Shown one piece after another: positions 1-13,684 of a stretch of 64,000 nt of DNA. The DNA lies in assembly GCA_965644265.1 (NCBI GenBank), contig OZ286466.1, positions 39,060,001 through 39,124,000 on the forward strand, in the 5' to 3' direction. Source of the DNA: Glycera tridactyla. Its lineage: Eukaryota. How positions within the stretch are numbered: the first letter of the stretch is position 1; every line of letters begins with the position of its first letter. Below the pieces are notes generated by a model. The model was given only the letters and a program-made list of their open reading frames with translations. It searched no databases and had not been told where the DNA came from. Position numbers and translations under genes: made by a program.

Positions 1-2949
1 TAGTCTAATCGCATACCATCTAATCTAAGCTATTCTAAGCTAATCTTAGCCAATCTGGCCTAATCCATCTGAATTGAACTATGCTGATCAAACCTAATAT
101 TGCAAGATGTTCTATAAAGTGTGGAAGTACAGTACATAAGTATTCTAAAAAGTGTTGAAGTAGAGTACATTTATATAGATTTATTTCAAAAAGAGATGCC
201 CCTCAATTTTCCTAAATTCGATGAGGAGGTACAACATCGTGATTCTCGTCATTCGTCTCTCAGGAAGGATTTATTGTTATGAGGTTCGTTATATAGAGTG
301 GGTCTTTCTTTTTAGGGGGATGTTTTCATGAGGAGTAAACGGAAGGTGGACGTGAAATCTTGCCGGATGTGGTCAAACAAGTTGGGGTGACGCTCACGCT
401 AGATTCACACATGGCCTCTCTCGCCTTCCATTCCAATTGACACGTGTGAAAGCTGCTGCTCATCTCTATTGCAATAAATGAGCCCATTTTTCAGCGTTTC
501 CGGACTGTCGGGAGGCCGAGAATGACCCAGGAGGCTCATTAAACTCGGACAGTTTGTATTGCTAATTCGATCAAGTCATTGCGCCGGACACAGTGGACAG
601 CCTTGTCCGACCCCGCAACCCTAGTCTGCGCCATGACGCACTCGACCCACCTCGCATAATGTCGAATTAACGTCGTTGTACAGGGAGGAAGGAGGAGGCA
701 TCATTGAAAAGCTGAGATAATCTCCGGAGTGGGATGAATGTTGTCAGTCCCTATATTTTTCAAGCAATTTAAAATAACCTACCTATTAAAGAAAGTTCTT
801 TAAGGAAGCAATACTTTCAATGGATAGGACATGGCTTAAATACAAGAACAAAAATACCAAAATGAGTTATATGGAGATACGCAGATGCTCCTATAATCCC
901 GGTACAGGCCCTCAATTCTTGAAAGCAGACCCTATATTCTAGTCAGTCTTTCAAAGATCCATGATAAGCTCAGCCTATTAAAGGACTCGGCTTTGTGTTA
1001 CTTGGCCTTTGCTATCATTTTGAGCATAGGCTGGCCTCTGTCATCATTCTGAGCATAGCGTGGCCTGTGTTATCATTTCGGACAGAATTGATCAAACACA
1101 TATTTTCTTCTGTTTCGACAGCATTATCGGGTTTAGCGCTGGCCATCAGCAAATTAGGCAAAATGTCCTAATGAAGAACAGAATTGGCTGAAAGAAACAT
1201 ATTGAGCTTCTTCCAGGGAGATATTGCTAATACTTCTTATGGCTTTTCTGGTCATCACATATCGGTATCCGACGCTTGGAAACTTCAAATCTTCATGAAC
1301 ATGCCTCAAACACTGATCGAAGTCTAGTGGGGTCAGACCATTCCGTTGGTGAACTGGATTTGTGTCAGAAAGTTAGGGTCAGAACTTAAGGCTTTGGATC
1401 TAAGAAGAAAGAACATTTTCTCCCCGATTCGTCAGGATATGGTTTACTCCAGCCTCAGCACAACAACATAGAAAGAGGCCTCATAATCACACTATGTATT
1501 GATTCCGAGATGGTCGATGTGGGGGTAAGACTAAGTCCCCTGATGTAGTCGTCAATGACAACGAGAGGCTGGTAGTTTGTCATCTGTGAGCATGAAGCGT
1601 CCCTAAGCCTCATTGCCACACCCCAGAAGTCGTCTTCTGACGTAAAACTGAAGGTAACCATTCGACCGAATGAGCAAAATTGACATAATGTCCTTCTGGG
1701 GGATCTGAAGTTTTAATAGCTGGCTCATTGCGTGTGATCAATCTGATCGTATGTCACTTTTTTTTTAGTTTGATCTAGGCTAAAGGGGAAATTGTGGAAT
1801 TTTGGGGTATTCGGTGAAAATGATCAAATTCGTCATTTGTTATATTAGTGATGACCCTTGGACCTCTCCACCCAATCCATATGATTACTGCTTCCAGTGT
1901 CTCATCCATCTTTTCCCTGCATCCGAATGTCACCAGCTCTAACAGAATCTACGTCAGTGACCGATGACCAGCGCATCCCTTCTTTCTGCTTCCGAGTTTG
2001 ATTGCATTCATTCGTCTAGCTAGCATCCTTCTCGCATCGTCATCATGGATGGTGTGCAATCGGATATCAATATACCGTCTTAGCACCATAACAGGCATCG
2101 AGGGCTTTCAAGCTCTAATATGTTCAATAGGAAGTTATCTCAATCTTTCCCCCTTTCTCCTGCCTGCCTCATCTCCCCCTCTCTCGCTCCTTCCTCTGTC
2201 TTCCTGCTTCTCATTCTGCAACTCTGATGTCTGTCTTATAGTCTGTTTGTCTGTCTGTGTTGTTTGCTTTCTCCTCTCTCTACCTTCTCCCAATCTCTCT
2301 GTATCTCCGTCTCTTCTCTCCCTCTCACTCTTATTTTCTCATAAATGTCCGTCTCAGTCTCAATATAAGTCAGACTATGCTGATGGTACGAAAAACAATC
2401 ATCTATGCAACCAACGTATCAACTCCCCTCATCTCTACCTAAACGTACATCATAGCTTAAGCCCCTTCCAACTTCCTTGCTATAGTTGAGTCGATTGCAA
2501 TAGTTGATAGTGACTCTCCAGAAGGCATAGACTGAACGTTTACTTGTGCGCCATCACCCTCCACCCCGCTCACATAGCTATAAGGCTGCAAGTTAGCCGG
2601 GGCGAAGTATTTCTCTCTTAAAGCTCATGTAGTCTTGGCGCACGATATATTGTTTTAGCGCTGATGCAGATAATACCACATGCACCTACAATCAACCCTG
2701 TCATAGTTCGGCTATCCAACTAGACATGCGCAGCATGCTTTGGATCTGAACCCATGCCGGTTACATGGACACAGTTATAGATCCATTGCACACATGGAAC
2801 ATAGTGGATAAGGTGGCCATTTGATCCCTTTCCCTGATTTGTGTGCAATCAGCTCGTTTCACGTATGAGTAGATGTTGGATCATTGTTCAGGGGTATGTA
2901 TTGATTAGTGCTGGTTTGCTGGTTAGTGAATCTACAGGAACAATGTTAC

Positions 2950-3650
2950 TGTCAGAATTGATGATGTATACCTACTCTGCACAGGGTGAATCAGAAACCA
3001 GGCACTTCATATATAGCACACGCATTGCTTGGCGGAGCAATACACCGCGACAAACAAAACCACTTGCCCCAGCTCGAATAACAATGTCGAGAAATCGACC
3101 GAGTTCAACATCAACAAAGTCGAAGGCCTCCTTGAAGTCAATGCATTCAACTTGATTTCTACACCGCTGTCGACCGCTCATGGCAGATTCCGGTGTTGGA
3201 ATCGCAAGTGTTAGCCGAGGTTATGTGTGGCTGACCTCACATCGGGCACACAAGATGTATTGAATAGCCAATGTCCACTGACGACCGCTCTCTCTAAACG
3301 CTAGACTTGCATTAATAAAACATCAAGTTTTGGTCAATAACCAGCAGCCTGGAGCCTCTCCTCTCCCTCATTATACACACATGCTGACCTGCAGTTGCCT
3401 CAGAAAGCCATTCACTGGCCTGTATGACTGAATTAATGTCGACAAGGGCGTTATCTCTCAGCCACCGAATGAGAGCTCTACCTCGATCCCCCACACAACT
3501 ACAACTTTCACCATGTAGACATGAGAGTTATCACACCGCAAGCAAATGTGAATTCCATCACAATCCATATGCACCAACAATTCACAACAAAATACAGGGG
3601 CTCCTGGCGTCCTCTTTGCAAATTCTTCTTCTATTTTTTTCAAAAATTTA
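2950..3650 (-). mobile_element. Heavily decayed non-LTR retrotransposon fossil (APE endonuclease and RT motifs)
   Basis: RGRALIRWLRDNAL..IN..GSRLLVID resembles the APE C-terminal half; TGICHERSTA resembles QxGFRxGRST; CIDFKEAFDFVD resembles FIDFxKAFDxVD. Many stops and frameshifts. Confidence 0.45.
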
Positions 3651-6300
3651 ATCGAATATTCATCAAGCTGTGGTATCGAAGCTCTTCCTCACGTCCACTT
3701 TTTTCTTTTTTTCTTTTCCTCCCCTTGCTTCTTCGCCTTCGTCTTCTTCGTCTCCTGCTGCTGGTTCATCTTCTTTGTCCCCATCTTTTTTTACCCTACT
3801 TCTGCCTCTGTGCCTGCGTCGTTTGCTACTTTCTCCCCTGCTTCTTTTTCTCCTTCTTATCCCTAGTTCCCTCATCCTCTCCTGCTTTATCGTCTCTGTC
3901 GCTCTCGTTGTTGTTTTTGTNNNNNNNNNNNNNNNNNNNNNNNNNNNNNNNNNNNNNNNNNNNNNNNNNNNNNNNNNNNNNNNNNNNNNNNNNNNNNNNN
4001 NNNNNNNNNNNNNNNNNNNNNNNNNNNNNNNNNNNNNNNNNNNNNNNNNNNNNNNNNNNNNNNNNNNNNNNNNNNNNNNNNNNNNNNNNNNNNNNNNNNN
4101 NNNNNNNNNNNNNNNNNNNNNNNNNNNNNNNNNNNNNNNNNNNNNNNNNNNNNNNNNNNNNNNNNNNNNNNNNNNNNNNNNNNNNNNNNNNNNNNNNNNN
4201 NNNNNNNNNNNNNNNNNNNNNNNNNNNNNNNNNGCTATCCCGGGGGACGTAAAACCTGAGTTTCCAACGTGTTTGGCGAGTACAACATACAGTCTCGGAG
4301 TACAAGGGGCTTTAGGCAATTCGTGCCTAACTTGCTTAGAAGGCAACCAGATCCTACTAGTCCCGCTGGCCTAATCGAGTTGGCTGCGACGTAGCGAGCA
4401 ACCTGATCCTACCAGAAACACGGGTCTAATCTGATTGGAGGACCGTAACTAGGTTTGCTTAGAGGTGTGGCTTCTGTTCTCTGCCACCATCCTAACACCA
4501 AGTATCTTTTATAACACCCAACAACACAAGAAGTATCTTTCAATATATCAAGCATCTCCTTCATCAAACCTATCTCCCTGAGGTGTGGCATTGACCTTTG
4601 TTGCTCGGCAGAATTCCTAAGTGAGCAGTTCTCGCAGTTCATGTAAGTTCAATTGGGGTCTGTCAGTTCCCCAAAAAGAAAGAGAGGAAACTTTCTGGGA
4701 TCCATGATTTTGAGGTTGGTACTCGCATGGTTGCTCGCATGTAACAGGCGTCTCATTCGCAAGTCTGCCATGTCTCTACCAGCCTCATTTGCATGCCAGA
4801 CGTGTCACATTTGTGACGTTATCCTGCAAGAGATGAGAACTCCTGCACAACAATGCCACAAAGCAGGGGTTTCGTCGGCGTGGATATTTGCGGGATTCAT
4901 ATTAGCATAGGAGTCCAACCCCATGGCCCGATTCGTTGCGGTGATTGGAAGTGTAGTAAAATTAGCAGTAAAATAGTGGTATTATCAAAGCGACAAGTGC
5001 ATTACAATACAGACATACTAATCAAAGTGAATAAACAGATTGTGATGATGAAATGCATCATACTGACTCACGGACCCCAGTATAGGAGATATTAGTCACC
5101 TTTTCACGACTGAAGCGTACTTCTGGCCGGATGTGTCGAACAGAACCAAATGTTGTTTTATATTAGCATATGCGTGTGTTCTACGTGAGCTGATTTGTGT
5201 TGTTGTTCTTTCAATTTTCAGGTAAAAACAAAACACAGAAACATATAATGATCCAATCTATCTTGTTATCTCTATCTAATGGTACTTTTCTTTGATAATC
5301 CTGACTATCCCTTTTACATTTATCTTTACACACATTTTATATGAGGAAGTGGGTTGGGCTTGGGTTGGTCTTGAGTCCTAACACCACAAGCTCTGCTCAA
5401 CCAATACAATATACAGATACAATGATAACACCACTCTACGATCTCCATATCTGCCCACTCAGCCCTGATCCAAGTGGAGCGGTAGAGTATTGAGTTTTCA
5501 CTCATTGACGTCCTCATAAGTGAGAAGTGCAAATTATGTATATCTTCGGAATGGTGCAGCTCCAATAATGGACGGTGATCCTTTTCAGATTTGGCCACCT
5601 ATCCGAGCATAACATGTCAAAAGCTCTGCTCCCTATTACAGCAAACTCATTCTCCTGTACATACCAGTGCAATGTCTGTCATTGATTATAGTAAATAAAT
5701 GGTCGGATAAACAAAATAGCCTATCATCGATTATGTGCTTTGATTTCTTCACTGGGTGACAGTTGAGGTGTCGCTCTTCTCTTTTTCTTCTTTTTCTCCT
5801 CCTCCTTCCTCTTTCCGTTTCTTTTGCTTTTCTTCTCTTTCTTCTCCATCTTTTTCTCCACCACACAATTGGTAGTATGACCTGTATTACTACAGGAATG
5901 GCACAATCATGCAATACAGGTATCGAGGACTATGTCTGAAAGGAGTTTTGAAGTCGTCATAAGTCTATATGAATTTACATATGGTTGCACGAATATATAT
6001 TGGCAGGTCTCTTCAGGGTTGAGCCTGTCTCCTCTCTCTGGGAAGTATACAGCCAGGTGAAGGGACGTGGTGGAGTACACAGGTTTCACTCAGTTACCTC
6101 CAAACAGAATTGTCTCCTCAGTGAGTAGCACAGATCATACAGATCTGTGTAATGGTAATGGTGTTTGCACCTAGCTCGCACCTAAGAAGACAGGTAATGC
6201 AATCCCGAAGTGTGAAGTGAGCCATTTTCACAAACATGAGGATTCTTCTCATCACTGTTGCATATGAAGGATACAATGCCATTTGAAAAGGTAGGTTCTG

Positions 6301-6870
6301 GCATAGCTAATCTGAAAATCTGCTCTGCTACTTGATGGCTAACATAGCCGATCTGACAACACTGCTATGCTACTCAATAGCAAACATGCTCGTCTGAACA
6401 CAATGCTACACTTCTTGATGACTTACAGCTTTGGACACTGCTTTGATTTTCTGTTGCAACCATCGCCTGCCTTACGAAATTGCTGATCCTTGCTGACAAA
6501 AAGGTCATTTTCGAATTGCTAGGTTACTGTAACTCCATTTTATGAGCAGAGTCAGCTCATCGGAGTAGACTGCTATGCTCGTTTCTGACATACATGGCTA
6601 ATCTGAGACCACTACCTTGCTACATTGTGGGAAGCCATATCATAATGGCTGAGCCATTGTAACTTTAGTTATTGCAGTTAATTCATCTAAGTCAGCTCAT
6701 CTGAGAAGAGTGCCATATTCTGGTCGGCAACCATAGCTAACCTGAAAACACAGCTATGCTTCTTGTTGGCAGATACAGTGAAATTGAGAACTTTTTCATG
6801 CGTATTGTCAAACATAGCTAATCTGAGAATATTGCCATACTATTACATAGCCAACATGCCATAGCTGATT
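6301..6870. repeat. Degenerate minisatellite, unit about 41-42 bp
   Basis: Recurring CATAGCTAATCTGA(A/G)A...GCTATGCT(A/T)C units. Confidence 0.6.
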
Positions 6871-7304
6871 GTGTTCTATCTCAGTAAGTTGGGCTGGAGC
6901 AATCAACAAAATTAGCGTATATTTGTATACAGTTATTGTATCATGTGAGTATTTTGTATTTTGGGGAATGTTGTATGTGTTGTGAAATGGAAATGGGTCG
7001 ATCCAGCTTACCCCATATAATGAAATGTATGAAGCCTTCATCAAGTTCTGTGAAACATAGCCAATTCTGTACACTAGCGAAAGGGTCAAGGAGACTTGTG
7101 AGGTCATCGGAATGGAGGGTCAATGGGATGAGACCCTGTAAGAACAGCGATAACAACGGGCAAGAGGCTCTTATTCCGCACCCTTCATAGACACTAAATT
7201 CATTTCCAATGACTGTCAGGGTCTTAGCGCGTATTAACGGCAAATTACACCGAATTAACTTGAGATTAATGGGCGCCGACGACCAATCTAAGTATGCCGA
7301 GCAG

Positions 7305-7351
7305 CCACTAGGTGTCGCTGATACGTTTTGCGCCTGCACGCCGCCTAGTGG
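7305..7351. promoter_or_regulatory. Pair of CTCF-like motifs in a CpG-rich patch
   Basis: CCACTAGGTGTCGCT (+, 7305-7319) and CCACTAGGCGGCGT (-, 7338-7351), compared with the consensus CCAC/TNAGRKGGCRS. Confidence 0.45.
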
Positions 7352-8156
7352 GGATTATGCATTCGGAGGCGTCGCGATGCAAATCAAAAGACGCACAAAT
7401 GAAGATTGAATCACACTTGATGTCAGTGCTGGTGCTGCTACGGATTAGAGAAGACGGCGGCCCGACGTCGGCATGTATCGCGCCCTTATCAGCGCAAACC
7501 CCAGTGCTTACTGCTTACCCGACTAGTCTTCGCCACAGACCAGTTTCCCGCCTTCATAAAGCTTAAATTTTCATCATGGAAATGAACTGAAAAATACTCA
7601 TCTCCATCTGATTATCAATACCACCGCTTAGAGCAATTTCTCGAAACATGATACGTATATTGACCAAAAGATATCATACAAGATTCATTACAAAGATGTG
7701 ATATATAAATTGTGAACATGCTCGTTGCTTCACCATTCAACTATGTATAAACCGTCCTCCATGGGTTTAACCTAACAAAGTCAAGTACGTGATGACCTAC
7801 TACCATTTAGTATAGCGAATGTGGGATATCTGGAAGCGACGTAATCCCAAGCACTCTGCACATGATCAGGATTGAATACGGGACGTCTTGGACGTCGTTT
7901 TCTGCCTTGGCTGGGATGATCAACTATGATAGCACTACTTTTGCATACTTCTAAACAGGGAAATTCTTATGAAGTTTTAAAATTCAAAGTAGTAACACCA
8001 CCATCTTGAACTAGTTTCTCCTCTTTTTTGTATTCCATAATTCAATTTATGCTGTACCCGTGACTGTTCTATGATGTTTTTATTTGTTTGCATAGGCGTG
8101 TTCTACTGTAAATATAATAAATGCAATAAAAGTTTCTTATATCTTTCATACATTTG

Positions 8157-9215
8157 AATTTGAATTTGAAAAACTTTATTAAGCTCCTTCTGGGGGGGTC
8201 CGGAGACTATTATATCCCCGATGGAGCACAAATATACAATACAAAAATATGGATTCAAGTACAAAAATCACATAAATTACATATACATATGTAAAAAGGA
8301 TGTATATATGGCAGGATATAGTCTGGTATAGCAACAGAAAAACCTCCCTGTGTCTCAGTTTAGGTTAAATTCTAGGCGGACCTAGGTGTTTCAGCATGCA
8401 GCATTTGAAAGATGCCAATGTTTCAGCATGTTTCACATCAGGCGGGAGCGTGTTCCAAAATTGTGCTCCCTTGTGGAAAAAGTCGTTTTCACACATTTTG
8501 AGTCTTGTGCGGGGAACTCTTAAAATACCGTCAGACACACCCCGTGTTTTGTGTAACACTATTTCGCAGAATAAATCTTCATGCTTCTTCTTCAGTCGTA
8601 TAAGGCATGTGCCTACTCTAACTTTATAGAATTCACATAGCAGATGAAAATAACTTGCTGTTTCCAAGTTGAAGAGGCCGGCTTCTGATAATAACTCACA
8701 CGTTGGTGTCCGTGGAGGTTTATTCAAGCATATGCGTAGCCCCGCGTTGAAAAGAACATCAAGTTGCTTGGTTAGACATTGGCTTATGCCAGACAGCACG
8801 CATTCACTGAAGTTAAAAATAGGCAGCACTAAGCTTTTCAGTAATTACAATGAGAGTTCTTTTGTGATCAACGGTCTTACCCGCCGCAAGATGCCTAACC
8901 TTGATTTTACTTTATTACAAACATATTCAATGTGACATTTATATGACAATGTTGGGTCTACATATACACCTAGGTAACAGAATTTACTAACTCTACCATA
9001 ACCAGCAAGATCGGGGGTATTTGACACCGTGGCCAGCTTGTTGTTCGTCCCAAACATCATAGACTTAGACTTTGCCCTATTTAGGGTTAGGTGGTTATTC
9101 ACCAACCATTTTTCAATCATAGACATATCATGTTCTATTTTGCCACGGAGTAGGGTTTCCGTTGGAGCACGTGCAAGTAGAGCTGTATCGTCGGCATACA
9201 TGAATACCTGTCCAA
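8157..9215 (-). mobile_element. 5'-truncated CR1/L2-group non-LTR retrotransposon (RT C-terminal part plus 3' UTR), one in-frame stop
   Basis: MYADDT, LTLNRAKSKSMMF and YLGVYVDPTLSY motifs; ORFs 8845-9201 and 8365-8829 are in the same frame, separated by TAA at 8845-8847; the 3' end has AATAAA followed by a (TTCAAA)n tail at about 8157-8180. Confidence 0.9.
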
Positions 9216-12200
9216 AGCTAAGGGTATATATTTGAAAAGGTCAAAACTAATATGACGAGAAAATGACCGAGTAGTTGATTGACAATGATGTTCGATTGCC
9301 TCCAGGTTCGCAGAAGTATAGCAATGTCAGAGACTCTGCTACTGGTAGGGTCTTCGGCAATGTTTATGATATTATACTGTAATTAGAACGTCAGCTCAAA
9401 CGAGATGTAGAGCTTTCTCGATGGTAGAGCCTGTGAAGTGGAATTTTGTCTAGGTAACTTGAAGACAGAATACAATCAATTCCATAGATAACTTGCAATA
9501 AAGGCCAAATACAAGCCTACTGAGACAGTTCGACGTCAGGGGAATCATTTCCATATATTGCCGCCTCACACCACTCCGCTGCCTACGGAGGCCAATTCGC
9601 CTGATGAGCAATGGTGGTCGTTGTGTACAAGTTTGACCGCCAGACTGTGGAATAGACCGTGTCCATGTCGTATCAATATGCCATTTAGGAATAGATATTG
9701 AATTGTTATATTCATCATCCTGACACCACATCCATTACTATCTACAGACCACTCTTTCAATACTATACACATTCAGAATTGTATGTGGTACATATTGTAT
9801 TTCGTCCACATGGGAAAGCCCCAGGTTGTTGGGGCAACTTGTATATTTGAGANNNNNNNNNNNNNNNNNNNNNNNNNNNNNNNNNNNNNNNNNNNNNNNN
9901 NNNNNNNNNNNNNNNNNNNNNNNNNNNNNNNNNNNNNNNNNNNNNNNNNNNNNNNNNNNNNNNNNNNNNNNNNNNNNNNNNNNNNNNNNNNNNNNNNNNN
10001 NNNNNNNNNNNNNNNNNNNNNNNNNNNNNNNNNNNNNNNNNNNNNNNNNNNNNNNNNNNNNNNNNNNATATGCAATCTAATGTTTACTGACATCTCTTGG
10101 TGCCCTTTGATACAACAATCAGCACTCATTGCATGTGCGACTCAATATAGCCCAGATGAACCTCACAGATCCAACCATCTTAATGTCTGTACAGTGGGTT
10201 GTGAGAAGTGCAGAAAATATGAAGAGGCTTCCGTCTTGAATACGAGGCGACAACAACGGTACGTCTGAAGAGGGAATGAGGTTTTTTCTCGTATTCTCTG
10301 CGGGTCTGACCTCATCCTCTGCGGTCCTGCCCCCGACATAACATTTCACGCCCTCTGCTTCCGCTAGCATGTGTTGCCAATTTAACACTAGCATCCCCAG
10401 CTTTCCCAATGCAACGTATCGAGTGGAAATGCCATCGTGTTATTATTGATGATATAATTATCATCATCATTGTTATTATTACTATTATTCTCACCATCAT
10501 CATCATCATCGTCATACCTTGAGAACCCTATGAATCGCTTTATTTGTATTCCATCAGGATACAACTAAATTGATTAGACATTATCTAGTCTCGTACATTA
10601 TTCGAAATTCGCATTTCGCTCATGTTTTGTTTCATCCGACATAAGAGTGCACACTCACGAAAAAGTAGTGGAGGATTCATTGAAGATTTCGAACATATGA
10701 TATTCTAGGAACGGAAAAGAAAAGTTGTATATATCAGGTACTCATCAGGGGTGTACAGATCAAATTTTGATTTCTTGTGTGTACTGATCAAATTTCCTGG
10801 AAGCCGGGGGACACATTGGATACATGCACAATGTTATATGTATTCTGGTACCATGATATAGCACCCGATGAGTGTTGCTAGCAGTATGGAACTGTTGGTT
10901 GGTGTAGTGTAGGCCAGTGGAGAATCAAAACTGAGATGACAAGGGTTAGTAGAGGTCAGAAGACAACAAAGCGCGAGGTCGGGACCTCCTGACAGTACCG
11001 ACCGCGTTTCGATCAGCAGCGGAAGGCTAGTAGCCCCAGCGTTTTCCGCTAGCCGGTGCCGGGGCTAGCACAAGCCCCGTGGGCCACATTAGCATGGACT
11101 CATGCCGCCGTTAAGATCTAGTTGGCCGGGCGTGATTTGGTGAAAGCAGGCCCTTGATAATTCACAATTGACACATCATCACCCCGGTCACCATGACTAC
11201 CCCTCCTCCCACTTGACTCTCATAATCGCTTCTACTAGCCATCAATTACGGAAGCACATTCCTCTTGTAAATTATTAGCCTAACCCTCATCATGAGAAAT
11301 GTATCTCAATTTGTTACTTCATGTTGGAGAAATGAGAATCGTGGGTGATCATACACGGTGTATTGACGCGTGGAGTCGATCATATTCGGAGCATGAAGCA
11401 TACCATCGGATCTTCATGGGGTAATTTATACTGCAGATATTTCTTTATATCTTGTCGATCCTGTATATGTAGAATTATCTGTATTTCTTAATCGTACACA
11501 TGTTATCAGTTATTTGATTGTATACATGTTATCATGTTATATTACTCGAGGGAAGGCTCACCTTGAGTTGATCGCCTACATGTGAATACTGATGAAGTAT
11601 AGAAAATTTCATCCGCCCTTCTCTTTATCTTTATGGGGTAACAGGGAGGGTGAAACTCACGCTTGGAACAACATCAATGAAATCGACACTAAGCTACAGT
11701 TATTGGAAGAACGTGGTATGAAGAAAACATGCAATGACACCACAGCAGATGTTCACATAGAATTCAGGAGAGACAGAGTGGGTCCNNNNNNNNNNNNNNN
11801 NNNNNNNNNNNNNNNNNNNNNNNNNNNNNNNNNNNNNNNNNNNNNNNNNNNNNNNNNNNNNNNNNNNNNNNNNNNNNNNNNNNNNNNNNNNNNNNNNNNN
11901 NNNNNNNNNNNNNNNNNNNNNNNNNNNNNNNNNNNNNNNNNNNNNNNNNNNNNNNNNNNNNNNNNNNNNNNNNNNNNNNNNNNNNNNNNNNNNNNNNNNN
12001 NNNNNAAGAGAATGAAAGAAAATATATTGATTCAGATAAGTAATGAATGATCATCCCTTTGTTTTCCAGTGCATTCGGCTATCCAAGGAAGGAGAAATTA
12101 CCCAACATTTCCCCCACAAGTGCCAAGTGGCTAGCCAAATGCTACCAATGAGCAATATCAAGTCAGACACTGTCCCATTGAATATAACATGTTCTTTTGC

Positions 12201-13592
12201 CTTGTTTATAGTTTGGACTTCTCAATATAGCATATCCAGCACAAGCAAGATGATGAACACCAACAAAAAGACCAAGCAATCATGAGAAAGTCGTCATCTC
12301 AAGGGTGTGGAGGTCATATTTGACAGGTCCCCGGTCTGTACATTTACTCTGATATCAACACGTTCATCGTGTCTTCTACCCCCGCGGGCATGACTTAATG
12401 CTAGTCATTTACACGACTATTTGAGGTCAACACCAATATAGCCATGCTCTGTCTCTGACCCATCCTTCATATTTGCCCTGGGTCTTTGTGACCCTTTTCA
12501 CTAACCAGTAAATCTCTCCATACCGAACTAGGACCCCCAGTAGTTGATACAATTCGTAGGGATGACATATCATTCCCTTGTGTCTGATTCATTTTTGGGG
12601 TATCCAAAGTTTGGTGAAGTTGTACCCTGATGTGTTTTGTAAAAGGCGGCACCGGTAGACAGTGTATGTCAACTGTATACTAGCCCCATCTGACCCATCG
12701 CTTACTTGTGTATTTAGAGAACGTTGCTTTCCATCAGAAACTTTTCTGGCTAGATGTGAGGTTCTTATTTGCTAGTGCGCAGCACAATCAAACTATCCTA
12801 CCCACGATTGACAGAATGTTTGTTTTTGTATCAGAAGAGATTTGCGAACTGCCTCAACAGGCTGAGTGTCTGCTGACATGAACTGATTTGACTTCAGTAT
12901 AGAAACCCCTTGTTTCTCTTGGAATTCTGCCATCTCGGTATTGATTTTAGCATCTTCGCCCTATACCTTCCAGTGCGACCTAACCCAATGATATGCACCT
13001 GTGAATACATATTTCCTCTTCAGATGGGGACTCGAGGGAAAACCGAAGGGAATGATTGAGAAATAACTTACGGAGTCGTTGCTCACATATAGTATTCATT
13101 GAAGAGTACAGGAAAATAGTACAAATGGTATAAGCCACTGTATATGTCTGTGTATAGTATACTATTTGTTGACGGTAACTGTCACAAGGATAAGTATGGC
13201 TAACATCGCGGATACTTTGTATACTGGAGTCTATATTTCGTATCATAGCATATTCATGAAGGCTTCGCACATGTCATTTGATGTAGGTGATATATGAATT
13301 GTATCTTACACAATACTTACCAAGGAAACATTAGAATAAGAACCAACTTACAACACTGGATGAGATGACTACGTGATATCCATATACACAAAAAAACGTA
13401 CATAATAGGGTGTGTTAAATCACTGACAGCGCGAAAAATAGCTCGATGAATCATGGATGATATCTCGCTTGGTTCCTACTTCAGTCTGCTGTCGATACAC
13501 ATATGCGTTATATCGAGTTACGTGTTCGAAGTTTGTGAGGTATACCCTTTACTCAGTGAACATAGGTAAGATGGGCCCTGAACACACATGTT

Positions 13593-13600
<8 letters not shown>

Positions 13601-13676
<76 letters not shown>
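13601..13676. repeat. (GA)n microsatellite
   Basis: Uninterrupted GA run of about 76 bp. Confidence 0.99.

Positions 13677-13684
<8 letters not shown>

Noticed and set aside
1-70. Decamer repeat TAATCTAAGC at the window start
   Set aside because: Only 4-5 degenerate units and truncated by the window edge; nothing further can be supported.
4409-4910. Protein-like short ORFs on both strands
   Set aside because: No recognisable motif, multiple stops, no convincing splice signals.
9566-9740. HGHGLFHSLAVKL, faintly like an OTU-protease GxCLFRSLA motif (Helitron-associated)
   Set aside because: The catalytic Cys is absent, the frame is broken, and no Helitron Rep/helicase or termini are seen.
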